Shown: one piece after another, positions 7,702 to 14,534 of the stretch | How positions within the stretch are numbered: position 1 is the stretch's first letter | How the letters are laid out: each line of letters starts with the position of its first letter | Assembly: GCA_030836605.1 (NCBI GenBank) | Contig: JAUPMC010000091.1 | Span: 1 to 33,590, forward strand | Length of the DNA: 33,590 nucleotides | Direction: 5' to 3' | Source: Thermoplasmatota archaeon | GTDB lineage: Archaea > Thermoplasmatota > Thermoplasmata > UBA10834 | Program-made: the position numbers and the translations under genes | The notes under the pieces: model-generated | Databases searched by the model: none | What the model was told of the DNA's origin: nothing | The model's input: only the letters and a program-made list of their open reading frames with translations

Positions 7702-9129
7702 ATGGCGAAGAAATCGAAGGCGGCCAAGAAGCCCGCCAAGAAGGCATCTGTCAAGAAGGCGAAGCCGAAGAAGGCACCCGTTGCCGCGAAGCCGGTCACC
7801 GTGGAGCAGCTGCTGAAGAAGGCTTATGAGCCAGCCAGGCTCGCGATGATCTACCACCCGTTCTACGCGGGCAAGATCGAGATAGTCTCCAAGTGCGCGG
7901 TCAGGGACTTCAGCGACTTCGCGATCTGGTACACGCCAGGCGTCGCGGAGCCGTGCAAGGCCATCAACAAGAACAAGGACCTGTCATACATACACACGAA
8001 CCGGTGGAACACCGTCGGTGTCATATCGGACGGCACGAGGGTCTTGGGCCTGGGCGACATCGGCCCCGAGGCTGGCATGCCGGTCATGGAGGGCAAGTCC
8101 CTTCTGTTCAAGTACCTGGGCGGAGTGGACGCGTACCCGATCTGCCTCGGCACGAAGGACCCTGAGAAGATCATCGAGACGGTCAAGTTCTTGCAGCCCT
8201 CCTTGGGCGGCGTCAACCTCGAGGACATCTCGCAGCCGAAGTGCTTCTACATACTCGAGCGCCTGAGGGCCGAGTGCGAGATACCCGTCTGGCACGACGA
8301 CCAGCAGGGCACGGGCACGATCGTCGCCGCGGGCGCTGTGAACGCCGCGAAGATCGTCGGGAAGAAGCCCTCGGAGATGAAGGCAGTGTTCATAGGTGCG
8401 GGAGCCGCGAACATCGCCATATCCAGGATCATGCATGTCTCCGGGTTCAAGTGGGAGAACATGATCATGTGCGACTCGAAGGGCACGCTCCACCTCGGCA
8501 GGGAGGACACGAAGGCCGAGTACAAGGAGAAGTGGTTCATGTGCGAGCACTCCAACAGGGAGGGGTGCGTGGGCATGCCCGTGGACGCGATGAAGGGCGC
8601 GGACATAGTGGTCGCGGCCTCCAAGCCCGGCCCGGGCACCGTCAAGCCCGAGTGGATCAAGGGCATGGCCGACGACTCCATAGTGTTCGCCACCGCGAAC
8701 CCGATACCCGAGATATGGCCGTGGGAGGCCAAGGCGGCCGGGGCCAAGATAGTCGCCACTGGCAGGTCGGACTTCCCGAACCAGGTCAACAACTCGCTCG
8801 GGTTCCCCGGCATATTCAGGGGCACCCTGGACGTGAAGGCGAAGACCATCTCGGACACGATGTGCCTCGCGGCCGTCCTCGAGATCGCGAAGACGGCCGA
8901 GGACAACGGCCTGAGGGAGGACTACATCGTTCCGACCATGGACGAGTGGGAGGTCTTCCCGAGGGAGGCCGCCGCGGTCGGCACGGCCGCCGTGAACGAG
9001 GGGCTCGCGCGGGAGAAGAAGAGCAGGAAGGAGCTCTACGAGACCGCGTCCGTCATCATCAAGAGGGCCAGGGACCAGACGAAGTACCTGATGAAGGGTG
9101 GGTTCATCCCGCCGCCCCCGAAGGCCTGA
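7702..9129 (+). CDS. NAD(P)-dependent malic enzyme (short form) with a Lys/Ala-rich N-terminal tail
   Basis: Motifs: YTPGVAEPC, VISDGTRVLGLGDIGPEAGMPVMEGKSLLFK, WHDDQQGTG, and FIGAGAANIA (NAD(P) binding). ATG 7702 is preceded by GAGGGG (7687-7692). The track's TTG 7693 is an alternative start. Confidence 0.9.
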   Translation: MAKKSKAAKKPAKKASVKKAKPKKAPVAAKPVTVEQLLKKAYEPARLAMIYHPFYAGKIEIVSKCAVRDFSDFAIWYTPGVAEPCKAINKNKDLSYIHTNRWNTVGVISDGTRVLGLGDIGPEAGMPVMEGKSLLFKYLGGVDAYPICLGTKDPEKIIETVKFLQPSLGGVNLEDISQPKCFYILERLRAECEIPVWHDDQQGTGTIVAAGAVNAAKIVGKKPSEMKAVFIGAGAANIAISRIMHVSGFKWENMIMCDSKGTLHLGREDTKAEYKEKWFMCEHSNREGCVGMPVDAMKGADIVVAASKPGPGTVKPEWIKGMADDSIVFATANPIPEIWPWEAKAAGAKIVATGRSDFPNQVNNSLGFPGIFRGTLDVKAKTISDTMCLAAVLEIAKTAEDNGLREDYIVPTMDEWEVFPREAAAVGTAAVNEGLAREKKSRKELYETASVIIKRARDQTKYLMKGGFIPPPPKA

Positions 9130-9285
9130 GTGACGGACCGAGGCGCAGTTGAAACCCCTTTCATCAAACCCATTCTCATCGTTCTGATGCATCGCGCAAG
9201 CACGAGGAATCGCGCACCGTTCTAGGGACTGCCGCCGTCGAAGGCCGAGCCTCAAGAAGAAGTGATGTGCGCAATCACGGCGCGC

Positions 9286-9552
9286 TCAGAGCAGGCCCAT
9301 CTCGACTATCTCGACGCTCTGGACGCCCGGCACGCCTGATATGGCCGTCTCGACCTGGTCCGCGCCCCCTTTCTTGTCGTCCAGGACGACGAGCACGTGC
9401 AGCGCCTTCAGCCCGAACGCGACCGGCCTCTGCTCGGCCGCCTTCATGTCGGCACCCGCAGGCAGAGCCGCCTTGATGTCCTTCTCGAGCTTGTCCAGGT
9501 CCACTTCGATGCCTTCCGGCAGGACCCTGTATTGGAGGCCGACCTCACCCAT
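9286..9552 (-). CDS. ef1b: Translation elongation factor aEF-1 beta
   Basis: The protein is about 88 aa: MGEVGLQYRVLPEGIEVDLDKLEKDIKA...RPVAFGLKALHVLVVLDDKKGGADQVETAISGVPGVQSVEIVEMGLL. This is the characteristic aEF-1beta pattern. ATG 9552 lies 6 nt after a GAGGTG that overlaps the upstream stop. Confidence 0.9.
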   Translation of the reverse strand: MGEVGLQYRVLPEGIEVDLDKLEKDIKAALPAGADMKAAEQRPVAFGLKALHVLVVLDDKKGGADQVETAISGVPGVQSVEIVEMGLL

Positions 9553-9562
9553 CGAAAACACC

Positions 9563-9733
9563 TCACGGGCCGGTGAACCCGCACGCGGGGCACTTGTAGT
9601 GCACGCTCTGGTCCCTGCAGTTCAGGCACCTTCCAATCTCGGCCTGTCCGCACTTGGGACAGAGGAACGTGGTCTCAGTCTTCTTGACGAGGCGTATGCC
9701 GCAAGAAGAGCAGACCTTCTCCTGGCTTTCCAA
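9563..9733 (-). CDS. Small Zn-ribbon protein (COG2888-like; four CxxC pairs), absent from the ORF track
   Basis: Manual minus-strand translation from TTG 9733 gives [56 protein letters not shown], with TGA at 9565-9563. The CxxC pairs are CSSC, CPKC, CLNC and CPAC. It lies immediately upstream of aEF-1beta, which I recall as a conserved archaeal pairing. Confidence 0.75.
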   Translation of the reverse strand: MESQEKVCSSCGIRLVKKTETTFLCPKCGQAEIGRCLNCRDQSVHYKCPACGFTGP

Positions 9734-9768
9734 ATTCTTCTACCTCGGGGCTGAGGAATATCCTATCT

Positions 9769-9787
9769 GTATATAACTCTATAGCAC
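9769..9787. promoter_or_regulatory. TATA box of the divergent promoter between the Zn-ribbon/ef1b operon and the flavodoxin gene
   Basis: The element gTATATAActctatagcac is 36-40 nt upstream of TTG 9733 on the minus strand. It is 26-30 nt upstream of the point where the flavodoxin homology begins on the plus strand. Confidence 0.4.
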
Positions 9788-9802
9788 CCTAGGCGAGAGG
9801 GG

Positions 9803-10261
9803 ATCCGCGCGAAGGCCGTCATCGTCTACGACAGCATCTACGGCAACACCGAGCTCGTGGCCAAGACGATCGCGAGGACGTTGGAGGCCGCGGGACACCT
9901 CGTTCGACTGACGCGCGTGAAGGACGCCCTGAAGACACAGGCCGAGGGGGACATTCTATTCGTCGGGTCACCCACGAGGATAGGCACGATGACGGGCAGG
10001 ACGAGGAAGCTGCTGGAGCACATGGATGTCGGGCCTTGGCGCGGGAAACCGGTCGTCGCCTTCGATACCGAGGCGCAGGAGCTCCTCAAAGGCAGCGGAG
10101 GGGGCGCGGCCGCGAAGATACACGACCTGGCCGTGTCAAGGGGCCTGACCGTCCACACGCCGGTGCTCAGGGTCGGCGTCTCCCGAATCAAGGGGCCGCT
10201 GTCGACGGGGTCGGAGGGTTTGGTCGAGGCCTACGTGAAGGAGTTTCTCCGATTAGCGTGA
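9803..10261 (+). CDS. Flavodoxin-like protein (5' end uncertain; first canonical start is GTG 9857)
   Basis: The in-frame upstream sequence AKAVIVYDSIYGNTELVAKTIARTLEAAGH... contains the flavodoxin FMN phosphate-loop signature (S-x-x-G-N-T). Downstream, ILFVGSPT and PVVAFDT are present. The frame is open from 9785 after TAG 9782-9784. Confidence 0.7.
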   Translation: MRAKAVIVYDSIYGNTELVAKTIARTLEAAGHLVRLTRVKDALKTQAEGDILFVGSPTRIGTMTGRTRKLLEHMDVGPWRGKPVVAFDTEAQELLKGSGGGAAAKIHDLAVSRGLTVHTPVLRVGVSRIKGPLSTGSEGLVEAYVKEFLRLA

Positions 10262-10456
10262 CACGGTTTGGCATGGGAAAGGTTCATAACCGTTGTCCAA
10301 GGGGAGTGTTTTATAATTCGATTTATATATAGAATTCCTATAACAAATTGAGATAACCCTCCGGGGCCCACGAATCCCGTCGATTGAAACGAGTCATTAA
10401 ATACTTGAAGAGACTACACGGCCTGCTAACGCAGCCTAGGGTATCTACGCCGCCCA

Positions 10457-10601
10457 GGGCCCGTAGCTCAGCTAGGTAGGAAATCTCATGCATTCTCGAT
10501 GTGTCGGTTTCCCTAGAAAGAGCATCTGCCTTTTAAGCAGGTGGCCCGGGGTTCGAATGACTATGCCTAACAGACTAGTCTCGGAAATCCCCGCGGGCCC
10601 G
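10457..10601 (+). tRNA. tRNA-Lys (anticodon UUU) interrupted by two non-canonical introns (D-loop about 41 nt; T-loop about 30 nt)
   Basis: Exons assemble to GGGCCCG-TA-GCTC-AGCTAGGTA-GAGC-A-TCTGC-CTTTTAA-GCAGG-TGGCC-CGGGG-TTCGAAT-CCCCG-CGGGCCC-G, 74 nt in total. All four stems are Watson-Crick or G-U paired, and U8, GG18/19, U33, A37 and T54-loop TTCGAAT are present. The anticodon TTT is at 10532-10534. Intron 1 is 10479-10519 and intron 2 is 10559-10588. CCA is not encoded. Confidence 0.85.
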
Positions 10602-10681
10602 CCGGGCGGCGGGATTGTCCCGTGGGAGAAACGGGGGATTGACGACCAGTTGGACATCCTAGCGCTCGAGCGGTGATTTAG

Positions 10682-10939
10682 ATGGCCGGAGAATTTAACG
10701 TTCTGGAGCATGAGCTCGTGCCCGAGCATCATCTCCTGTCGGAGAAGGAGGCCGAGAAGATCCTGAAGGACCTGAAGCTGACGAAGGACCAGCTTCCGAA
10801 GATCAGGATCTCGGACCCGTGCATTCGCGCGCTTGACGCGATCTCGGGCCCAGTCGAAGAGGGAATGGTAGTCAAGATTGTGAGGCGCAGCCGGACCAGC
10901 GGCGTCTCTACGAGCTACCGGCTGGTCGTACGGGGGTGA
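10682..10939 (+). CDS. rpoH: DNA-directed RNA polymerase subunit H (Rpo5/RpoH)
   Basis: 85 aa; [37 protein letters not shown]...DPCIRAL...G.VVKIVR.S.TSG....YRLVV is the canonical RpoH pattern. It is the first gene of the rpo cluster. Confidence 0.95.
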   Translation: MAGEFNVLEHELVPEHHLLSEKEAEKILKDLKLTKDQLPKIRISDPCIRALDAISGPVEEGMVVKIVRRSRTSGVSTSYRLVVRG

Positions 10940-10943
10940 CCTA

Positions 10944-13900
10944 TTGAGGGAACTTGTTGAAACCTATTTCCGAGAGCGCAGCATCGTCAACCACCACATA
11001 GCGTCGTATAACGACTTCCTGCCGACGATAGACCATCCGAACTGCAGGATGCAGAAGATCGTTGACAACGTCCGCGCGTCCCCTGACGAGAGCGACAGGG
11101 GCGTCATCAGGCTCGACCCTGACAGGACGGAGGGCAAGATCATCGAGATCAGGATCGGCCGCAAGAGGGACGAGAAGACGGGGCTCGTCGACATGTCGGC
11201 CAGGCCGACGATCACGGTGGGCAGGCCGGTCATCAAGGAGGCCAACGGCGCAACCCACGACCTCTACCCGATGGAGGCCAGGCTCAGGAACCTCAACTAC
11301 TCCGCGCCGATCATGCTCGAGTTCACGATACTAGAGGACGGCATCGAGAGGGAGCCGGAGAAGGTGCACATAGGCGACCTGCCGGTGATGGCGAAGTCCA
11401 AGAAGTGCAACCTGCACAAGGACAACCTGGAGATGGACAGGGAGCCGACGGCCGAGGATGTCGAGAAGTTCCTCGTCAAGATGGGCGAGGACCTGTGCGA
11501 CCCCGGCGGATACTTCATCATAGGCGGGACCGAGAGGGCGCTCATATCGCTCGAGGACCTCGCCCCGAACAGGGTGATGGTCGAGACCAACGAGCGTTAC
11601 GGGACGAGCCTGCACGTGGCCAAGGTCTTCTCCCAGAAGGAAGGGTACAGGGCCCTCACGCTGATGGAGAAGAAGAAGGACGGCATACTGGCCGTCTCCG
11701 TGCCGGCGGCGTCGGGCCAGATACCGCTCATAGTTCTCATGAAGGCCCTCGGGATGGAGAGCGACGAGGAGATCTACAAGTCCATCGTCTCCGACCCGCA
11801 GATGGCCAACATCGTGTACGCCAACATCGAGGAGTGCCAGAACAAGAAGCTGTACCCCCCGAACGGCATATACACGACCGAAGACGCGATACTGTTCCTG
11901 GAGCGCAAGTTCGCGACGGGACAGGCGAAGGAGTACAGGTCCAAGAAGGTCGAGAGCATCATCGACAGGTCACTCCTGCCGCACCTGGGCGACACCGCTG
12001 AGGCGAGGATGAAGAAGTCCATATTCCTCGGCAGGGTCGCGCGGACAATCCTCGAGCTGGAGCTCGGGAAGAGGAAGGAGGACGACAAGGACCACTACGC
12101 GAACAAGAGGCTGAAGCTCGCGGGGGACCTGATGGAGGACCTCTTCAGGGTCGCGTTCACGAACCTGATCAAGGATCTGAAGTACCAGCTCGAGAGGGGC
12201 TACACGAGGAAGAAGGGCCTCAGGATATCGTCGGCCATCAGGCCGGACCTCCTGACCCACAGGCTCCTGCACGCGTTCGCGACCGGCAACTGGGTCGGCG
12301 GCAGGGCGGGCGTATCGCAGCTGCTCGACAGGACGTCCAACATGAGCGCCCTGTCACACCTGAGGCGCGTCACGTCCCCGCTCACGAGGAGCCAGCCGCA
12401 CTTCGAGGCGCGTGACCTGCACCCGACTCAGTGGGGCAGGCTGTGCCCGAACGAGACACCTGAGGGCCAGAACTGCGGCCTTGTCAAGAACTGCGCGCTC
12501 ATAGTCGATGTCAGCGAGGGCACGGACGACAAGGATGTCATCTGGCTCCTGCGCGACCTCGGCGTGAAGGAAGTGAGCGAGCAGCAGACGACGGAGACGC
12601 GTGTCTACGTCAACGGGGACCTCATCGGCCTGCACGACAAGCCCAAGGAGCTCGTCGAGGAGATCAGGCAGAGGAGGCGCTCGGGGCTGCTGTCGTCCGA
12701 GGTGAACGTGCGCTTCGACGACAACATGAACGAGATCATAATCAACTGCGACGAGGGCAGGCTGAGGAGGCCGCTGCTCGTCGTCCGCCACGGCAAGACG
12801 CTCATGAACCACAGGCATGTCGAGGACATGCGCTCGAAGAAGGCGAAGTGGGCGGACCTGATACGCGAGGGCGTGGTCGAGTGGATCGACGCGGAGGAGG
12901 AGGAAGACTCCTACATCGCCGGGTCGGCCTACATGGCACCCCAGAAGTGCGACCACTGCGGCAAGCTCCTGTCCGAGACGGACGTGGACTGGCGCAACCC
13001 CGGCGAGGAGGGCAAGGTCGTCCTGGAATGCAAGAGCTGCGGCGGCACCATCCAGGTGGAGTCGCTTCTCAAGGACGAGCACACGCATGTCGAGATAGAC
13101 CCCATGGTCATCCTGGGCGTCTGCTCGGCGCTGGTGCCGTACCCGGAGCACAACTCCAGCCCGAGGGTCACGATGGGCTCAGGCATGGCGAAGCAGTCGC
13201 TCGGACTCAGCTCGTCCAACTACAGGGTGAGGCCGGACACTAGGAGCCACGTGATGCACTACCCGCAGAAGCCCCTGACGACCACGAAGCCGATGGAGTT
13301 CGTGGCGTTCGCCCAGAGGCCCGCGGGCCAGAACTTCGTGGTCGCGATCATGTCGTACCAGGGATACAACATGGAGGACGCGATAGTCATGAACAAGTCC
13401 TCCGTGGAGCGCGGCCTCGGCCGCTCGGCGTTCATGAGGACGTACAGAGCGGAGGAGCGCAGGTACCCAGGCGGCCAGGAGGACCACTTCGAGATACCGA
13501 GCCCCGACGTCAGGGGCGCGAGGGCCGACCAGTCCTACAGCAACCTGGGCGAGGACGGCCTCATCAGCCCCGAGACGAGGGTCGAGGGTGGGGACGTGCT
13601 CATAGGCAAGACCTCTCCCCCGAGGTTCCTCGAGGAGGAGGCGGACTTCCTGACGCCCCAGAAGAGGCGCGAGACATCCGTGACCGTCAGGCCGGGCGAG
13701 AAGGGCTGGGTCGACTCCGTCATGCTGACGGAGTCCGAGAACGGCTCCAGGCTCGTCAAGGTCAAGGTCAGGGACGAGAGGACCCCGGAGCTGGGGGACA
13801 AGTTCGCCTCCAGGCACGGGCAGAAGGGTGTCGTAGGTCTGCTGGTCCCGCAGGAGGACATGCCGTTCACGGAGGACGGCCTGATCCCGGACCTCATAAT

Positions 13901-14534
13901 CAACCCGCACGCCATCCCGTCGCGTATGACCGTCGCCCACGTGCTCGAGATGATCGGGGGCAAGGTCGGCTCGATGGAGGGCAGGTTCATAGACGGGACC
14001 GGCTTCAGCGGCGAGAGGGAGGAGGCGCTCAGGGACGCCCTCATCAAGAATGGCTTCAAGCAGAACGGTAACGAGGTCATGTACGACGGCATCACCGGCC
14101 GCAAGGTCGAGTCCGAGGTGTTCGTCGGCGTCATCTACTACCAGAAGCTGCACCACATGGTCTCGGGCAAGCTCCATGTCAGGAGCAGGGGCCCGGTCCA
14201 GATACTCACCAGGCAGCCGACTGAGGGGCGCTCGAGGCAGGGCGGCCTGAGGTTCGGTGAGATGGAGAGGGACTGCCTGATAGGCCACGGCGCGGCCATG
14301 GTCATCAAGGACAGGCTGCTGGACGAGTCCGACGGGACGCTCCAGTACGTGTGCGGCAACCCGAGCTGCGGCCACATAGCCATACTGGACAGGCGCGGCA
14401 CGCTCAGGTGCCCAGTCTGCGGCAACAACTCGAAGGTATACCAGGTGCAGACCTCGTACGCGTTCAAGCTGCTCCTAGACGAGCTGCTCTCGTTAGGCGT
14501 GGTCATGCGTCTTCAGCTGGAGGACTTGAAATGA
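10944..14534 (+). CDS. rpoB: DNA-directed RNA polymerase subunit B (unsplit Rpo2)
   Basis: TTG 10944 follows GGGGGTGA. Motifs: [65 protein letters not shown], and the C-terminal Zn ribbon [10 protein letters not shown]...CPVCG. The protein is 1196 aa. Confidence 0.97.
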   Translation: MRELVETYFRERSIVNHHIASYNDFLPTIDHPNCRMQKIVDNVRASPDESDRGVIRLDPDRTEGKIIEIRIGRKRDEKTGLVDMSARPTITVGRPVIKEANGATHDLYPMEARLRNLNYSAPIMLEFTILEDGIEREPEKVHIGDLPVMAKSKKCNLHKDNLEMDREPTAEDVEKFLVKMGEDLCDPGGYFIIGGTERALISLEDLAPNRVMVETNERYGTSLHVAKVFSQKEGYRALTLMEKKKDGILAVSVPAASGQIPLIVLMKALGMESDEEIYKSIVSDPQMANIVYANIEECQNKKLYPPNGIYTTEDAILFLERKFATGQAKEYRSKKVESIIDRSLLPHLGDTAEARMKKSIFLGRVARTILELELGKRKEDDKDHYANKRLKLAGDLMEDLFRVAFTNLIKDLKYQLERGYTRKKGLRISSAIRPDLLTHRLLHAFATGNWVGGRAGVSQLLDRTSNMSALSHLRRVTSPLTRSQPHFEARDLHPTQWGRLCPNETPEGQNCGLVKNCALIVDVSEGTDDKDVIWLLRDLGVKEVSEQQTTETRVYVNGDLIGLHDKPKELVEEIRQRRRSGLLSSEVNVRFDDNMNEIIINCDEGRLRRPLLVVRHGKTLMNHRHVEDMRSKKAKWADLIREGVVEWIDAEEEEDSYIAGSAYMAPQKCDHCGKLLSETDVDWRNPGEEGKVVLECKSCGGTIQVESLLKDEHTHVEIDPMVILGVCSALVPYPEHNSSPRVTMGSGMAKQSLGLSSSNYRVRPDTRSHVMHYPQKPLTTTKPMEFVAFAQRPAGQNFVVAIMSYQGYNMEDAIVMNKSSVERGLGRSAFMRTYRAEERRYPGGQEDHFEIPSPDVRGARADQSYSNLGEDGLISPETRVEGGDVLIGKTSPPRFLEEEADFLTPQKRRETSVTVRPGEKGWVDSVMLTESENGSRLVKVKVRDERTPELGDKFASRHGQKGVVGLLVPQEDMPFTEDGLIPDLIINPHAIPSRMTVAHVLEMIGGKVGSMEGRFIDGTGFSGEREEALRDALIKNGFKQNGNEVMYDGITGRKVESEVFVGVIYYQKLHHMVSGKLHVRSRGPVQILTRQPTEGRSRQGGLRFGEMERDCLIGHGAAMVIKDRLLDESDGTLQYVCGNPSCGHIAILDRRGTLRCPVCGNNSKVYQVQTSYAFKLLLDELLSLGVVMRLQLEDLK

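Noticed and set aside
7984-9255. A 423-aa minus-strand ORF antisense to the malic enzyme, plus the 303-aa plus-strand alternative frame at 8241..9152
   Set aside because: Both are shadow frames of a clearly identified malic enzyme, with Arg/Gly/Asp-rich nonsense composition.
10361-10378. The sequence CCGGGGCCCACGAATCCC resembles the tRNA T-arm (CCGGGGTTCGAATCCCC), suggesting a possible tRNA 3'-half duplicate or att scar
   Set aside because: Only about 14 matching positions with an indel, no acceptor-stem continuation and no flanking integrase. This is too weak to call.
10379-10395. The sequence GTCGATTGAAAC resembles the 3' end of some CRISPR repeats
   Set aside because: It is a single occurrence, with no repeat-spacer periodicity anywhere in the window and no cas genes.
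10472-10732. Two small ORFs (86 aa on the minus strand, 62 aa on the plus strand) over the tRNA locus
   Set aside because: The region is fully explained by the tRNA-Lys exons and introns, so the ORFs are incidental.
14351-14530. A 60-codon upstream extension of the rpoA1 ORF (track start 14351)
   Set aside because: It lies inside the rpoB coding sequence. The conserved A' N-terminus ([15 protein letters not shown]) begins at ATG 14531, which overlaps the rpoB stop.
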